From contig JACZWD010000003.1 in assembly GCA_022572335.1 (NCBI GenBank), forward strand, positions 1-32,888: DNA of 32,888 nt, written 5' to 3'. This DNA comes from Pseudomonadota bacterium. GTDB taxonomy: Bacteria > Pseudomonadota > Alphaproteobacteria > Rhodospirillales > 2-02-FULL-58-16. Shown piece by piece: positions 1 to 9,764 of this stretch. A program made the translations under genes and the position numbers. The stretch's first letter is position 1, and the number at the start of each line of letters is the position of its first letter. The notes beneath the pieces were generated by a model. That model saw nothing but the letters and a program-made list of their open reading frames with translations, did not search any database and was not told where the DNA came from.

Positions 1-69
1 CCCCGGTTTCAAGTGCCTCCCGACCGAAGGGTCCCTGTGATTGCCGGCTGGTGGCCTTACGGCCATGGA

Positions 70-179
70 GGGGGCTCCGCCCCCACGCCCCCCGCCAGGG
101 GTTAACCCCTGGACCCCGTCAATCGGGTTCCAAGGGCCGTCGGCCCTTGGTGGGGATGCAAAGGGGCAACGCCCCTTTG
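70..179. repeat. REP-like cluster of four GC-rich palindromes downstream of the suf operon
   Basis: Perfect stems: GGGGGC-tcc-GCCCCC (70-84), CCAGGGGTTAACCCCTGG (95-112), CCAAGGGCC-gtc-GGCCCTTGG (130-150), CAAAGGGGC-aac-GCCCCTTTG (159-179). Confidence 0.75.
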
Positions 180-204
180 TCCTCGTCGGTTCAAGTAAAA
201 CGGC

Positions 205-546
205 TCAGACGTTGAACGATTCGCCGCAGCCGCAGCGGCTTTTTTCGTTGGGGTTCTTGAACTGGAACCCGGACTCGAGCTTGCCCTCGACGTAGTCCAT
301 CTCGGAGCCGATGAGAAACATCATCGCCTTGGGGTCGATGAAGATCTTCACGCCCTTGTCCTCGACCACCTCGTCGCCGGGCCCTTGTTCCCGCGCGTAC
401 TCGATGACGTAGGACAGCCCCGAGCACCCCTTGGTCTGGATGGCGACGCGCAGGCCGAGCACGGACGCCTCGCTCTGGGCGAGCACCGCCTTGATCCGCG
501 CCGCGGCGGCGTCGGTGAGCGTGATCGTTTTGAACGGTGTCGTCAT
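205..546 (-). CDS. sufA: A-type Fe-S carrier protein (HesB/IscA/SufA family)
   Basis: KGCSGLSY motif and C-terminal NPNEKSRCGCGESF; last gene of the suf run. Confidence 0.93.
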   Translation of the reverse strand: MTTPFKTITLTDAAAARIKAVLAQSEASVLGLRVAIQTKGCSGLSYVIEYAREQGPGDEVVEDKGVKIFIDPKAMMFLIGSEMDYVEGKLESGFQFKNPNEKSRCGCGESFNV

Positions 547-569
547 GGCAGTCCTCGATTCCCTTGCCT

Positions 570-947
570 TTACATGAATCCCAGTTCAAGGCGCGCGACG
601 TCGGACATCATGTCCTGGTTCCACGGCGGGTCCCAGACCAGCTCCACGTCCACGTGGCTGACGCCGTCGACCGCGGCCACCGCGTTTTCGACCATCCCCG
701 GCATGGTGCCGGCCACCGGACAGCCGGGCGCCGTCAGGGTCATCTTGATATCCACCTTTCCCCCGGGCGCGATGCGGACGTCGTAAATGAGCCCGAGATC
801 GTGGATATTGACCGGGATCTCCGGATCGTACACGCCGCGCAGCGCGGCATGGACCCGGTCCTCCAGGCTTTCCGCGGCGGGCGCCGCCGCCTGTTCGGTT
901 GTTCCCCCGGTGTCGGGCATGGTGTTTGCAGAGTCCTTTTTGTCCAT
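570..947 (-). CDS. sufT: SUF system Fe-S assembly protein SufT (DUF59/MIP18 family)
   Basis: VYDPEIPVNIHDLGLIY, MTLTAPGCPVAG and LVWDPPW motifs. Confidence 0.92.
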   Translation of the reverse strand: MDKKDSANTMPDTGGTTEQAAAPAAESLEDRVHAALRGVYDPEIPVNIHDLGLIYDVRIAPGGKVDIKMTLTAPGCPVAGTMPGMVENAVAAVDGVSHVDVELVWDPPWNQDMMSDVARLELGFM

Positions 948-980
948 CTCACGTGCCGTGGCAGGGCGCCGCCTGCCGCG

Positions 981-1451
981 TTACTCCTCGGTCGTCACGT
1001 CGTCCTGCTTTCCCTTGAGCGCGGCCGCGAACGCATGCCAGGGAAGGGTAGCACATTTCACGCGCACGGGATATTCCCGGACCCCGGAAAAAACGGCGAG
1101 TTTGCCCAGGTCCGCGCCGTCCCCGGCGTTTTCGGCGTTTTCGCCCTGGTCGCCGGCGACCAGGGCGTGGAACAGCTCGAACAGGCTGTGGGCCTCGGCT
1201 TCGGTCTTGTTTTTCACCATCTCGGTCATCAGCGACGCCGAGGCCATGGATATGGCGCATCCGGCGCCCTCGAACGCCGCATCCGTCACCACGCCGTCCT
1301 CGATGGTCAGGTAGACGGTCAGGCGGTCCCCGCACAGGGGATTGTGCCCCTTCGCCTGGCGGTTGCAGGCCGGCGGATGGCCGAAGTTCCGCGGCTGCTT
1401 GGCATGATCGAGAATGACCTCCTGGTAGAGTTCGCGCAGATCGAACGTCAT
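981..1451 (-). CDS. sufU: SufU-type sulfur-transfer/scaffold protein (NifU-N family)
   Basis: LYQEVILDH...PRNFG, NPLCGD, GCAISMAS and RVKCATLPW; insertion before the third Cys as in SufU; start overlaps the sufS stop. Confidence 0.93.
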   Translation of the reverse strand: MTFDLRELYQEVILDHAKQPRNFGHPPACNRQAKGHNPLCGDRLTVYLTIEDGVVTDAAFEGAGCAISMASASLMTEMVKNKTEAEAHSLFELFHALVAGDQGENAENAGDGADLGKLAVFSGVREYPVRVKCATLPWHAFAAALKGKQDDVTTEE

Positions 1452-2719
1452 CCGAAGAACTCCACCGCCTTGCGCACGCCCGCCACCAGGGCATCGACGT
1501 CTTCCCGGGTGTTGTACAGGCCGAACGAGGCCCGCGCCGTGGCGGTGACGCCGAAGCGGTCCATCAGCGGCTGCGCGCAGTGATGGCCGGCGCGGATGGC
1601 GATCCCTTCGTGGTCGAGGATCGTCCCGATGTCATGGGGGTGCACCCCTTCGATGATGAACGACAGGATGCAGACCTTGTCCTCGACGGTTCCGAAAAGG
1701 CGCAGGGAATTGGTTTCCGCAAGGGCCTCGGTGGCGTACTCGAGCAGCTCTTGTTCATGGTCGACGATCTCGTCGAAACCCAGCCCGCTCACGTAATCTA
1801 TGGCGGCGCCGAGGCCGATGGCGCCGGCGATATTGGGCGTGCCGGCCTCGAACTTGTGGGGGATGACGTTGTATTCGGTCTTCTCGAAGGTGACCGTGCT
1901 GATCATGTCGCCGCCGCCCTGGTAGGGCGGCATGGCCTCGAGCAGCGCCGCCTTGCCGTAGAGCGCCCCGATCCCGGACGGGCCGTACAGCTTGTGTCCG
2001 GAGAAGACATAGAAGTCGCAGTCCAGGTCGCGCACGTCCACCGGCATGTGGGGAACCGCCTGGCAGCCGTCGACGAGCACGGGGATTCCCTTCTCGTGGG
2101 CGAGGCGGATGATCTCCTTGACCGGGGTAACGATGCCCAGCGCGTTCGAACAATGGGTGACGGCGACCAGCTTGGTCCGCGTGCCGAGAAGCTTCTCGTA
2201 TTCCTCCATCCTGAGGGCGCCCGAATCGTCGATCGGGATGATGCGAAGGGTCAGGCCCTTTTCGTCGCGCAGCATCTGCCACGGCACGATGTTGGAATGA
2301 TGCTCCAACGTGGAGAGCACCACCTCGTCGGCGCGGTTGAGGAATTTGCGCCCGTAGGTCTGGGCGACCAGATTGATCGCCTCGGTGGCGCCGCGCACGA
2401 AGATGATCTCGCGCGCCTCGCGGGCGCCCAGGAAGCGCTGGACCTTGACCCGGGCCCCTTCGAACAGCTCGGTGGCCCGTTCGCTAAGGAAGTACACGCC
2501 GCGGTGGATGTTGGCGTACTCCCGTTCGTAGCACTGCTGGACGGCGCGGATCACGGCGCGCGGCTTCTGGGCGCTGGCGGCGCTGTCGAGAAAGACCAGG
2601 GGCCGCCCATTGACCCGCTGTTTGAGGATGGGGAAGTCCTCGCGCACCCGTCGCACGTCGAACGCCAGGCGGTCCGAATCCCGCTGCACCTGGCGGCGTA
2701 TGCCGGCGGCGGTGGTCAT
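1448..2719 (-). CDS. sufS: Cysteine desulfurase SufS (class II)
   Basis: FLDSAASAQKP, FSGHKLYGPSGIG (PLP lysine) and IRAGHHCAQP (catalytic Cys); start set at the ATG at 2719 that overlaps the sufD stop. Confidence 0.96.
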   Translation of the reverse strand: MTTAAGIRRQVQRDSDRLAFDVRRVREDFPILKQRVNGRPLVFLDSAASAQKPRAVIRAVQQCYEREYANIHRGVYFLSERATELFEGARVKVQRFLGAREAREIIFVRGATEAINLVAQTYGRKFLNRADEVVLSTLEHHSNIVPWQMLRDEKGLTLRIIPIDDSGALRMEEYEKLLGTRTKLVAVTHCSNALGIVTPVKEIIRLAHEKGIPVLVDGCQAVPHMPVDVRDLDCDFYVFSGHKLYGPSGIGALYGKAALLEAMPPYQGGGDMISTVTFEKTEYNVIPHKFEAGTPNIAGAIGLGAAIDYVSGLGFDEIVDHEQELLEYATEALAETNSLRLFGTVEDKVCILSFIIEGVHPHDIGTILDHEGIAIRAGHHCAQPLMDRFGVTATARASFGLYNTREDVDALVAGVRKAVEFFG

Positions 2720-4056
2720 GGCGCGCCGCCTTGGTGGCGCGACGGCAGCCACGACGACGCCATGCGCTCGAGATGGGCCCGCATCGGCGGCGACGAGATG
2801 TGCTCGAAGGTCTCGCCGACGAAGGCTTCAATCAGCATGTTGCGGGCGTGCCCGGCGTCGATGCCGCGCGCCCGCAAATAAAACAGCGCCTCGGTGTCGA
2901 GCTCGCCGACGCTGGCGCCGTGGGAGCATTTCACGTCGTCGGCGTGGATCTCCAGCTCGGGCTTGGTGTCGACGCGGGCGGTCTCGGAGAGCAGCAGGTT
3001 CTTGTTGAGTTGGTGGGCGTCGGTCTTCTGGGCCTGGGGGCGGACGACGATCTTGCCCTGGAACACGGCATGGGCCTTGCCGTCGAGCACGCCCTTGTAA
3101 ACCTGGCGGCTGTGGCATTCCGGCTGGGCGTGATCGATAAGCGTGGTGTTGTCGATGTGCTGCCGGTCGCGCGCCAGATAGGCGCCGCTGAGACGGCAGT
3201 CGATGTTGATGCCGTTGAGCGACGCCGCGATCTCGTTGCGCGCCAGACGCCCGCCCACCGCAAGGACGAAACTCTCGTACCGGCTGTCCCTGGCCAGGCG
3301 GACCTCGGTGGCGGCGATGTGAAAGGCCTTGGCGCCTTCGGCCTGAAGCCGGTAGTGCTTGAGGGCGGCGCCCTCGTCCACCACCACGTCGGTTACCGCA
3401 TTGGTCCAGTAGGTCCGGGAGCCGGCCCCGATATAGCTTTCAAGCACCGTCGCCGCGCTTCCCCGGCCGGCGAGGACCAAGGTGCGCGGGTGGGTGACCA
3501 CCGGCGCCTCGTGCGCGCTCGCCATGTACAGGAAATGGACCGGCCGATCGAGGGCGACGCCGGGTTCGAGGGTGAGCACCGCGCCGTCGGCCATGAAGGC
3601 GGTGTTGAGCGCCACGAACGGTTTTTCGTCGATGGCCGTGCCGCCGCCGAGGTGGCTTTCCAGCATGTCCGGGCGGGCTTTGAGGGCGGCGGCAAGGGTG
3701 GTGACCTCGGCCCCCGCCGGCAGATCGCCAACGGCCGAAAGCCGCGGCCGGTAGCGGCCGTCCACGAAGACCAGGAGATGACAGGGTGTCTCCTCCATGA
3801 GAAATCCCTGAACCGCGTCCCCGGCATCCTCGCCGGCCTTTGCGGGACCGGGGCCGAAGACCGTTTTCGTCAGCGGCGCCAGGTTGGTGAATTTCCATTC
3901 TTCCACCTTGGGCGTCGGGAAATCCAGGGACGAGAAGCGCTCGATCGCCCTGTCGCGCAGGCCGCTCAGCCACGGCAGGCCGCGTCCGGGCAAGGTTGCC
4001 CGCGCCCTTGTAAACTGGGCGACATACGGCGCGCTGAATGGATGTTCACGTCTCAT
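2716..4056 (-). CDS. sufD: Fe-S cluster assembly protein SufD
   Basis: FPTPKVEEWKFTNL, KPELEIHADDVKCSHGA and LFYLRARGI. Confidence 0.95.
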   Translation of the reverse strand: MRREHPFSAPYVAQFTRARATLPGRGLPWLSGLRDRAIERFSSLDFPTPKVEEWKFTNLAPLTKTVFGPGPAKAGEDAGDAVQGFLMEETPCHLLVFVDGRYRPRLSAVGDLPAGAEVTTLAAALKARPDMLESHLGGGTAIDEKPFVALNTAFMADGAVLTLEPGVALDRPVHFLYMASAHEAPVVTHPRTLVLAGRGSAATVLESYIGAGSRTYWTNAVTDVVVDEGAALKHYRLQAEGAKAFHIAATEVRLARDSRYESFVLAVGGRLARNEIAASLNGINIDCRLSGAYLARDRQHIDNTTLIDHAQPECHSRQVYKGVLDGKAHAVFQGKIVVRPQAQKTDAHQLNKNLLLSETARVDTKPELEIHADDVKCSHGASVGELDTEALFYLRARGIDAGHARNMLIEAFVGETFEHISSPPMRAHLERMASSWLPSRHQGGAP

Positions 4057-4099
4057 TGACGGGACGGCCTCATGTGTTGCAATGCTTTACGGGGACGGG

Positions 4100-4879
<780 letters not shown>

Positions 4880-4907
4880 GTGTGTGTCTCCGTTTTGGTG
4901 CCGGGGC

Positions 4908-6362
<1,455 letters not shown>

Positions 6363-6363
6363 G

Positions 6364-6840
6364 TCAGTTCTCCTTCACCGAAAGCTCTGTGGTATTGCCC
6401 ATGGCGGCAAACGCTCCGCCTCGGATGGCAACGGGCGCGGCGATGATCACGTCGGCAAGGGAAACGCTGCTCAGCGCCCTCCTCACCACATCGTTGATCA
6501 CCTGCCAGCTGCCGCGGGCCGGACACGACGCCTCGAGATCGCATTCGCCGGCCGTATCGTGGATGCATTCGGTCAATGCGATCGGCCCGTCCACGGCGTG
6601 GATGACCTCGGCCACCGAGATGTCCCCGGGGGTGCGGGTGAGCGCGTATCCTCCGCCGACGCCGCGAAAGGAGGTCAGCAGACCGGCCCGCGCCAGCATG
6701 TTCAACAGCTTGCCCACGGTCGGTCCCGGCAACCCGCTGGCACATGTCAGATCGAGGGCGCTTTGCGGCCGCTCGGCATGGCTTGCCAGATAGGTCATCA
6801 AAACGACGCTGTAATCCGCCATCCTGCTCAATCTGATCAT
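6364..6840 (-). CDS. Rrf2-family SUF-system Fe-S cluster assembly regulator
   Basis: [10 protein letters not shown] start, [11 protein letters not shown] wing and three-Cys segment [18 protein letters not shown]; abuts sufB. Confidence 0.9.
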   Translation of the reverse strand: MIRLSRMADYSVVLMTYLASHAERPQSALDLTCASGLPGPTVGKLLNMLARAGLLTSFRGVGGGYALTRTPGDISVAEVIHAVDGPIALTECIHDTAGECDLEASCPARGSWQVINDVVRRALSSVSLADVIIAAPVAIRGGAFAAMGNTTELSVKEN

Positions 6841-6916
6841 GGAACCACTGTCCTTTCCCAATCGGTCCGGCGACCGGCGACCGGGGCGGAGTGGGCGCCG
6901 GGGACGATCGCAGACC

Positions 6917-7437
6917 TCATCTCCGTGCCCGGGCCCGCGGCTTATGCTCCACGCCGTCGTCCACTCCGGGATTCCCTGCCGGCAAATGGGCCGCCGGCGC
7001 ATCGGCGGCCTCCTGGTGCATCACCCCGCTGAGCCCGAGAACGCGCTTTTCGCAGACGTCCGCCAGGGTCACGGAGTTCAGAAACAAGTATATCCGGTTG
7101 TCGACCTCTTCCCAAAGGGACTCCGTCACGGAGCCGGCGCCCCACCGGGGCGAGCCGCCGCCGGGCGCGGTTCGCGGGCCGGCTCGTTCACCGCCATCAT
7201 GATGTCGGCTATGGCCGTTTCGGCGGGCGGGCGGGCGAGAAGGTATCCGCCGCCCGGGCCGCGCACGCTCTTGACCAGCCCGTTTCGCCTCAACTGCGCG
7301 AAAATCTGCTCCAGGTACGACAGAGAGATCACCTGGCGCTGCGCGATGTCCGCCAGCGCCTTGGGCAAGCCGCCGCCGTAGCCGGCCAAGTCCGCCATCG
7401 CCATCACCGCATACCGCCCCCTGGCACTCAACCTCAC
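6917..7437 (-). pseudogene. iscR: IscR-like Rrf2 regulator split by a frameshift and lacking Cys ligands
   Basis: GTG at 7437 (preceded by GGGAAGG) gives VRLSARGRYAVMAMADLA...ISLSYLEQIFAQLRRNGLVKSVRGPGGGY...AVNEP, then a stop at 7126. The IscR C-terminus (TESLWEEVDNRIYLFLNSVTLADVCEKRVLG) continues in the -1 frame to 6917. Confidence 0.85.
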
Positions 7438-7460
7438 GAAACCGGCCTTCCCTATAATTA

Positions 7461-7475
7461 TGACCATTTTGGTCA
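7461..7475. promoter_or_regulatory. Palindromic operator resembling an IscR type-1 / Rrf2 site
   Basis: TGACCA-TTT-TGGTCA perfect inverted repeat about 25 bp upstream of the iscR-like start, in an AT-rich context. Confidence 0.7.
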
Positions 7476-7503
7476 CCATTAGAAATGAGGGACAAAAGCG
7501 ATA

Positions 7504-7509
7504 TGTCAA
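7504..7509 (-). promoter_or_regulatory. Candidate sigma70 -35 element for the iscR/suf transcript
   Basis: TTGACA on the minus strand upstream of the operator; the -10 element is poorly defined. Confidence 0.5.
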
Positions 7510-7626
7510 GTGGATTTGCGCCGTGGAAGGGTGCGATTCCCGGATGCACCGCCACCGGCCGCGGCGGGCGGCCCGCGGTCACCGGCTTCTCAGGTCAAAA
7601 CGACCCGGTGGTTCCGACCTTCGGGA

Positions 7627-9012
7627 CTATTCCACGCCCGGATCGATGGTCAGGCCGTCGGGCAGCCGGGTGGCGCGGTCCGTGGACGCCTTGTCAAGCT
7701 GGACCTGGGTCAGGTTCTTGGCGTCCCGCAAGTCGGCGCCGTGGAGGACGGCCTCGCGAAGGTCGGCGCCCTGGAGGTTGGCGCCGCGCAGGTTGGCACC
7801 CTTGAGATTGGCCGCCTGCAGGTTGGCGCCCCTCAGGTTTGCCCCCTGGAGCTTGGCGTCGGCAAGGTCGGCTCTCTGCAGTTTCGCGGCACGCAGGTTG
7901 GCCCCCTGGAGCTGGGTGACGCAGAGACGTGCGCCCTGGAGGTTGGCCACGCGCAGGTCCGTGCCCTGAAGGTTGGCGCCGTGGAGATCGGCCTGGATGA
8001 GGTTGGCGCCCTGGAAATCCGCCTTGCGCAGGTTGGCGCCTTGAAGGTGCACTCCCCACAGGTTGGCGTTCTGGACGTAGGCGCCCCACAGGTCGGCCCC
8101 CTGAAGGTAGGCTCCCTGCAGGTTGGCGCCGCGCAGGTCGGCGCCCTGGAGATTGGCGCCGTGGAGCTTGGCCGCCCCAAGGTCGGCTTTCTCCAGGTTG
8201 GCGGCGCGCAGAAAGGCGCCCTGGAGGTTGGCGCCGGCCAGGTCGGCGGCCGGAAGCTTGGCCACCCTGAGGTCGGCCTTGCGGAGGTTGGCGGCGCCCA
8301 GGTCGGCACCCTGGAGATTGGCGACACGCAGATCCGCCTGGTCCAGATCGGCGCCGTGCATGTTGGCTCCGTGAAGGTCGGCGCCAAGCAGGTAAGCCTT
8401 CTGGAGTTTCGCTCCCCGAAGGTCGGCCTGGACCAGTTTGGCCTCGTGGAAATCGGCCTTGCGCAGGTCCGCCGCGCGCAGATTGGCGCCGCCCAGGTCG
8501 GCCTTCTGCAGGTTGGCGCCGCGCAGGTCGGCGCCCTGGAGGTTGGCGCGCACGAGCACGGCCTCCTGCAGGTTGGCTTCCCGGAGATCGGCCTGGATGA
8601 GATTGGCGTCTCCCAGGTCGGCCTTGCGCATGTCGGCCTTTTGCAATTGGGCGACGCGCAGGTCGGCCTTCTGGAAATTGGCGCCGCGCAGGTCGGCCCC
8701 CTGGAGCTTGGCGACGCGCAGGTCGGCCCCCTGGAGCTTGGCGCCGCGCAGGTCGGCGCCCTGGAGCCTGGCGACGCGCAGGTAGGCCCGGCGCATGTCG
8801 GCTTTGCGCAGTTTGGCGACACGGAGGTCGGCCTTGCGCAGCCTGGCACGGGTCAGGTTGGCCCTGGTGCTTTCCTTGCCTTCCGAATCCAGCCACTTCC
8901 GATGAAAGGCGAGAATACGGCGCAGCGCCTCGTCGGAGACGTCGCGAAGCTGGGGCTGACCGGAGGATTGGCCGTGGCCCACAGGGGACCCTTCCTTGAT
9001 TTGCCCGGACAC
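7627..9012 (-). CDS. Pentapeptide repeat protein (76 uninterrupted A[D/N/K]Lxx repeats)
   Basis: Residues 51-430 are contiguous pentapeptides. N-cap ILAFHRKWLDSEGKES and C-cap NLTQVQLDKA...TRLPDGL are typical of the family. Exact start is uncertain. Confidence 0.93.
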   Translation of the reverse strand: MSGQIKEGSPVGHGQSSGQPQLRDVSDEALRRILAFHRKWLDSEGKESTRANLTRARLRKADLRVAKLRKADMRRAYLRVARLQGADLRGAKLQGADLRVAKLQGADLRGANFQKADLRVAQLQKADMRKADLGDANLIQADLREANLQEAVLVRANLQGADLRGANLQKADLGGANLRAADLRKADFHEAKLVQADLRGAKLQKAYLLGADLHGANMHGADLDQADLRVANLQGADLGAANLRKADLRVAKLPAADLAGANLQGAFLRAANLEKADLGAAKLHGANLQGADLRGANLQGAYLQGADLWGAYVQNANLWGVHLQGANLRKADFQGANLIQADLHGANLQGTDLRVANLQGARLCVTQLQGANLRAAKLQRADLADAKLQGANLRGANLQAANLKGANLRGANLQGADLREAVLHGADLRDAKNLTQVQLDKASTDRATRLPDGLTIDPGVE

Positions 9013-9172
9013 CTTGGTTCCCTGTCACCGCGCCTTTGAACACCATGGGACTGGAATCGACGTGGGCGACGATTGCGGTCCCAAAACACATGTGTGTTCG
9101 GCTTGTGAAAAGTTGTATCCTTTTTTGCAGAACCTGGAAACCGTTTACACCGAAATTCGGGAGGATTCCCCG

Positions 9173-9478
9173 ATGGTGAGGGACAAAAGGGGTTACCGGG
9201 AGCGGCGGCAGGAAGAGGTGCCACAAGCCGGCGAGGACAGACGGGCCGGCGCGGACCGGCGCGCCGAAGTCGGACGGCGGTGGGGCCGGGAAAGACGGTC
9301 GACCCCGGACAGACGGCTGGACCTGGAAATCAGGTCGGGGGCGGACAGGCGGCGGTCGACGACGGCATCGCCGGCGTGGACGGGCGTGGAAAAGCGCTCC
9401 CAGGGGGAACGGCGCGGCGTTCCGGACAGGCGCATGCAATGGGACCGGCGGAGCCAGGAGGACCGGCCGGCCCGGTGA
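9173..9478 (+). CDS. Small Arg-rich protein with tandem [D/E]RRxxx hexapeptide repeats
   Basis: ATG at 9173 with strong RBS GGGAGGA (9159-9165). Periodicity is conserved at protein level while codons diverge: DRRAGA DRRAEV GRRWGR ERRSTP DRRLDL EIRSGA DRR and EKRSQG ERRGVP DRRMQW DRRSQE DR. Confidence 0.75.
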   Translation: MVRDKRGYRERRQEEVPQAGEDRRAGADRRAEVGRRWGRERRSTPDRRLDLEIRSGADRRRSTTASPAWTGVEKRSQGERRGVPDRRMQWDRRSQEDRPAR

Positions 9479-9600
9479 TCCCCACCTTCACCGCCCCGGA
9501 TAAATTTTGAATTTCCCGACGTGATACGGGATTGCACAACAGCCGGGCGCACCTCGCATCGCCACGTGCCGTTGTGTTCCGGCGACTCCGGACCGTTGTT

Positions 9601-9710
9601 TATCCGCCTCCATCCGTGGTTATCCGCGTCAGACGAACACATGCGTTTCAAGCGGAGGATCATTGCCGCGGAAAGGCGAACGGTCGCGGTCGAACACGGA
9701 TGGACACGGG
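9601..9710. repeat. Degenerate decamer tandem repeats arranged as an inverted repeat
   Basis: TATCCGCCTC/CATCCGTGGT/TATCCGCGTC (9601-9630) faces GAACACGGAT/GGACACGGG (9692-9710). TCCATCCGTG (9609-9618) is the exact reverse complement of CACGGATGGA (9695-9704). Confidence 0.6.
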
Positions 9711-9764
9711 ATTTAAGGTGTCGCCTTAATTCAGTTCCACCGGTCACGCCTCCCGTTACCGGCG

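Noticed and set aside
7126-7128. In-frame UGA in the iscR-like gene as possible selenocysteine
   Set aside because: The conserved C-terminus is in a different frame, so read-through would not restore the protein.
7723-8862. Nucleotide periodicity resembling a CRISPR array or a DGR template/variable pair
   Set aside because: The 15-nt period is coding and has no unique spacers. No cas or reverse transcriptase gene is present in the window.
7510-9439. Long alternative-frame ORFs over the pentapeptide gene (509, 581 and 338 aa)
   Set aside because: These are shadow frames from a stop-poor, GC-rich 15-nt repeat. Only the A-x-L-x-x frame has family caps.
9480-9760. Possible c-di-GMP riboswitch near the DRR-repeat gene
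   Set aside because: The region lies between two convergent 3' ends, and the GEMM consensus elements could not be matched.
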